64,000 bases of DNA from Sedimentisphaerales bacterium (GTDB taxonomy: Bacteria; Planctomycetota; Phycisphaerae; Sedimentisphaerales; SM23-30): NCBI GenBank assembly GCA_963666285.1, contig OY762711.1; one strand, given 5' to 3'. Position 1 is the first letter of the stretch. Each line of letters starts with the position of its first letter. The position numbers and the translations under genes were made by a program. The notes beneath the pieces were generated by a model. The model ran no database searches and had not been told where the DNA came from. It saw only the letters and a program-made list of their open reading frames with translations. Below, piece by piece: positions 63,251-64,000 of the stretch.

Positions 63251-64000
63251 ATGAGAGCGCCAAGCGAAGCTAATGTAGTCAAGCCGGCCAATCCGGCATG
63301 GGTAAGGGCTAGCCACCCGCCCATTACAGCACCGGGCGTGCAGAGAGGTAACGAACTGTACGAAGCCCCGGGAAAGGAGTTTGTCAGCCACAACGCAAGT
63401 GAAGGTGTTGAGCCCCGAAATTATTCCTTATCGCATCCGGGCCAGGGTTTTCATATGCCTGAAGCCAATATCGATATATGCGAAATACGGCGAGCATCTA
63501 TCGACGAGCCGGGGTCTGAGTCCGTAGCGGGCAAACGAACTGACTGCATTGGAACTTGGGAGAACCGAAGTGCTCCGAAAGGAAGCGGCCAAGGAGCTGA
63601 AACCGTGACGCGGCCGTATGGCATTTTGGTAGTCGGACTGACTCATAGTAGAGGAGTAAACAGGGTAATGCCTGTTGAGTTTCGAAGTTTGAGGCACTCG
63701 AAGGGGTCAGCATTAATGTGTAAAGGCGAAACAGGATATTGGCCAGGCACTGAACTGGAAGAAACCATGAACGTTCCACAGCGTCTTCTATCGGATACTT
63801 CTACAAGGCACATTACTTTGCCTTATGTAGCCGTCAAAGTGAGCATTAATGAAGAGCCGGATGAGGGAAATCTTCAAGTCCGGTTCAGTGAGGGGCATGC
63901 GTTTCCTTGCACAAAATATAATGAAACTCAGAATTTGTTAAATTAATGAAAGGAGGCGACATGCCTACTCGACAAAAAAGAGGTTTTACATTAATTGAAT
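63251..64000 (+). CDS. Intron-interrupted prepilin-type (GFTLIE) gene, 5' part: join(63251-63254, 63974->64000)
   Basis: Ligated exons read ATG AAA AAA AGA GGT TTT ACA TTA ATT GAA = MKKRGFTLIE, the class III signal start of DUF1559-like proteins. It follows the ECF/FecR pair and runs off the window. Confidence 0.8.
63255..63973 (+). mobile_element. ORF-less group IIB self-splicing intron (719 nt)
   Basis: 5' GAGCG-CCAAG, with CCAAG pairing CTTGG (63555-63559); EBS1 TCATAT (63451-63456) is complementary to 5' exon ATATGA; D2 63564-63630; D3 63638-63710; short D4 63711-63851; D5 GAGCCGGATGAGGGAAATCTTCAAGTCCGGTTC (63854-63886, AGC triad, GAAA loop); D6 with bulged A 63967; 3' end AC. Confidence 0.9.

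Noticed and set aside
63200..63946. 248-aa ORF as an ordinary protein or intron-encoded RT/maturase
   Set aside because: It has no RT motifs (no YADD, no PQG) and overlaps ribozyme domains I-VI. It is treated as an open frame through the intron RNA (see findings).

Overview
This is 64 kb of bacterial chromosome, most likely from an anaerobic planctomycete (Phycisphaerae/Sedimentisphaerales-like). That call is inferred from DUF1559-type prepilin genes, VPAPGA-type PEP-CTERM-like tails and an ECF-sigma/FecR pair. In order, the window holds: a czcCBA-type heavy-metal RND efflux operon; an unusual membrane Cache-PAS-DUF294 nucleotidyltransferase and a glutamine amidotransferase; a MacAB-TolC-type ABC exporter; a GH2 beta-galactosidase; two PEP-CTERM-like surface proteins; a flavoprotein disulfide reductase; a frameshifted two-repeat gene; deaD; a SulP transporter; a TPR protein; ovoA; an MCP; a MEDS + PAS histidine kinase pair; a Rex-led trimeric [FeFe]-hydrogenase operon with three abutting Rex-type operators; several secreted/glycan-active proteins; an AAA_14/DUF4143 ATPase; a Ca/Na antiporter; and an ECF sigma/FecR pair. 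The standout is at the right end: an ORF-less group IIB intron (63255-63973) inserted 1 nt after the start codon of a prepilin-type gene. Splicing would restore MKKRGFTLIE. The unspliced intron is stop-free for 231 codons in the exon-1 frame, and that frame ends in a TAATG overlap inside domain VI. Domain VI also carries its own Shine-Dalgarno and in-frame ATG, so the host gene could be expressed with or without splicing. All assignments come from reading the sequence by eye; no searches were run.
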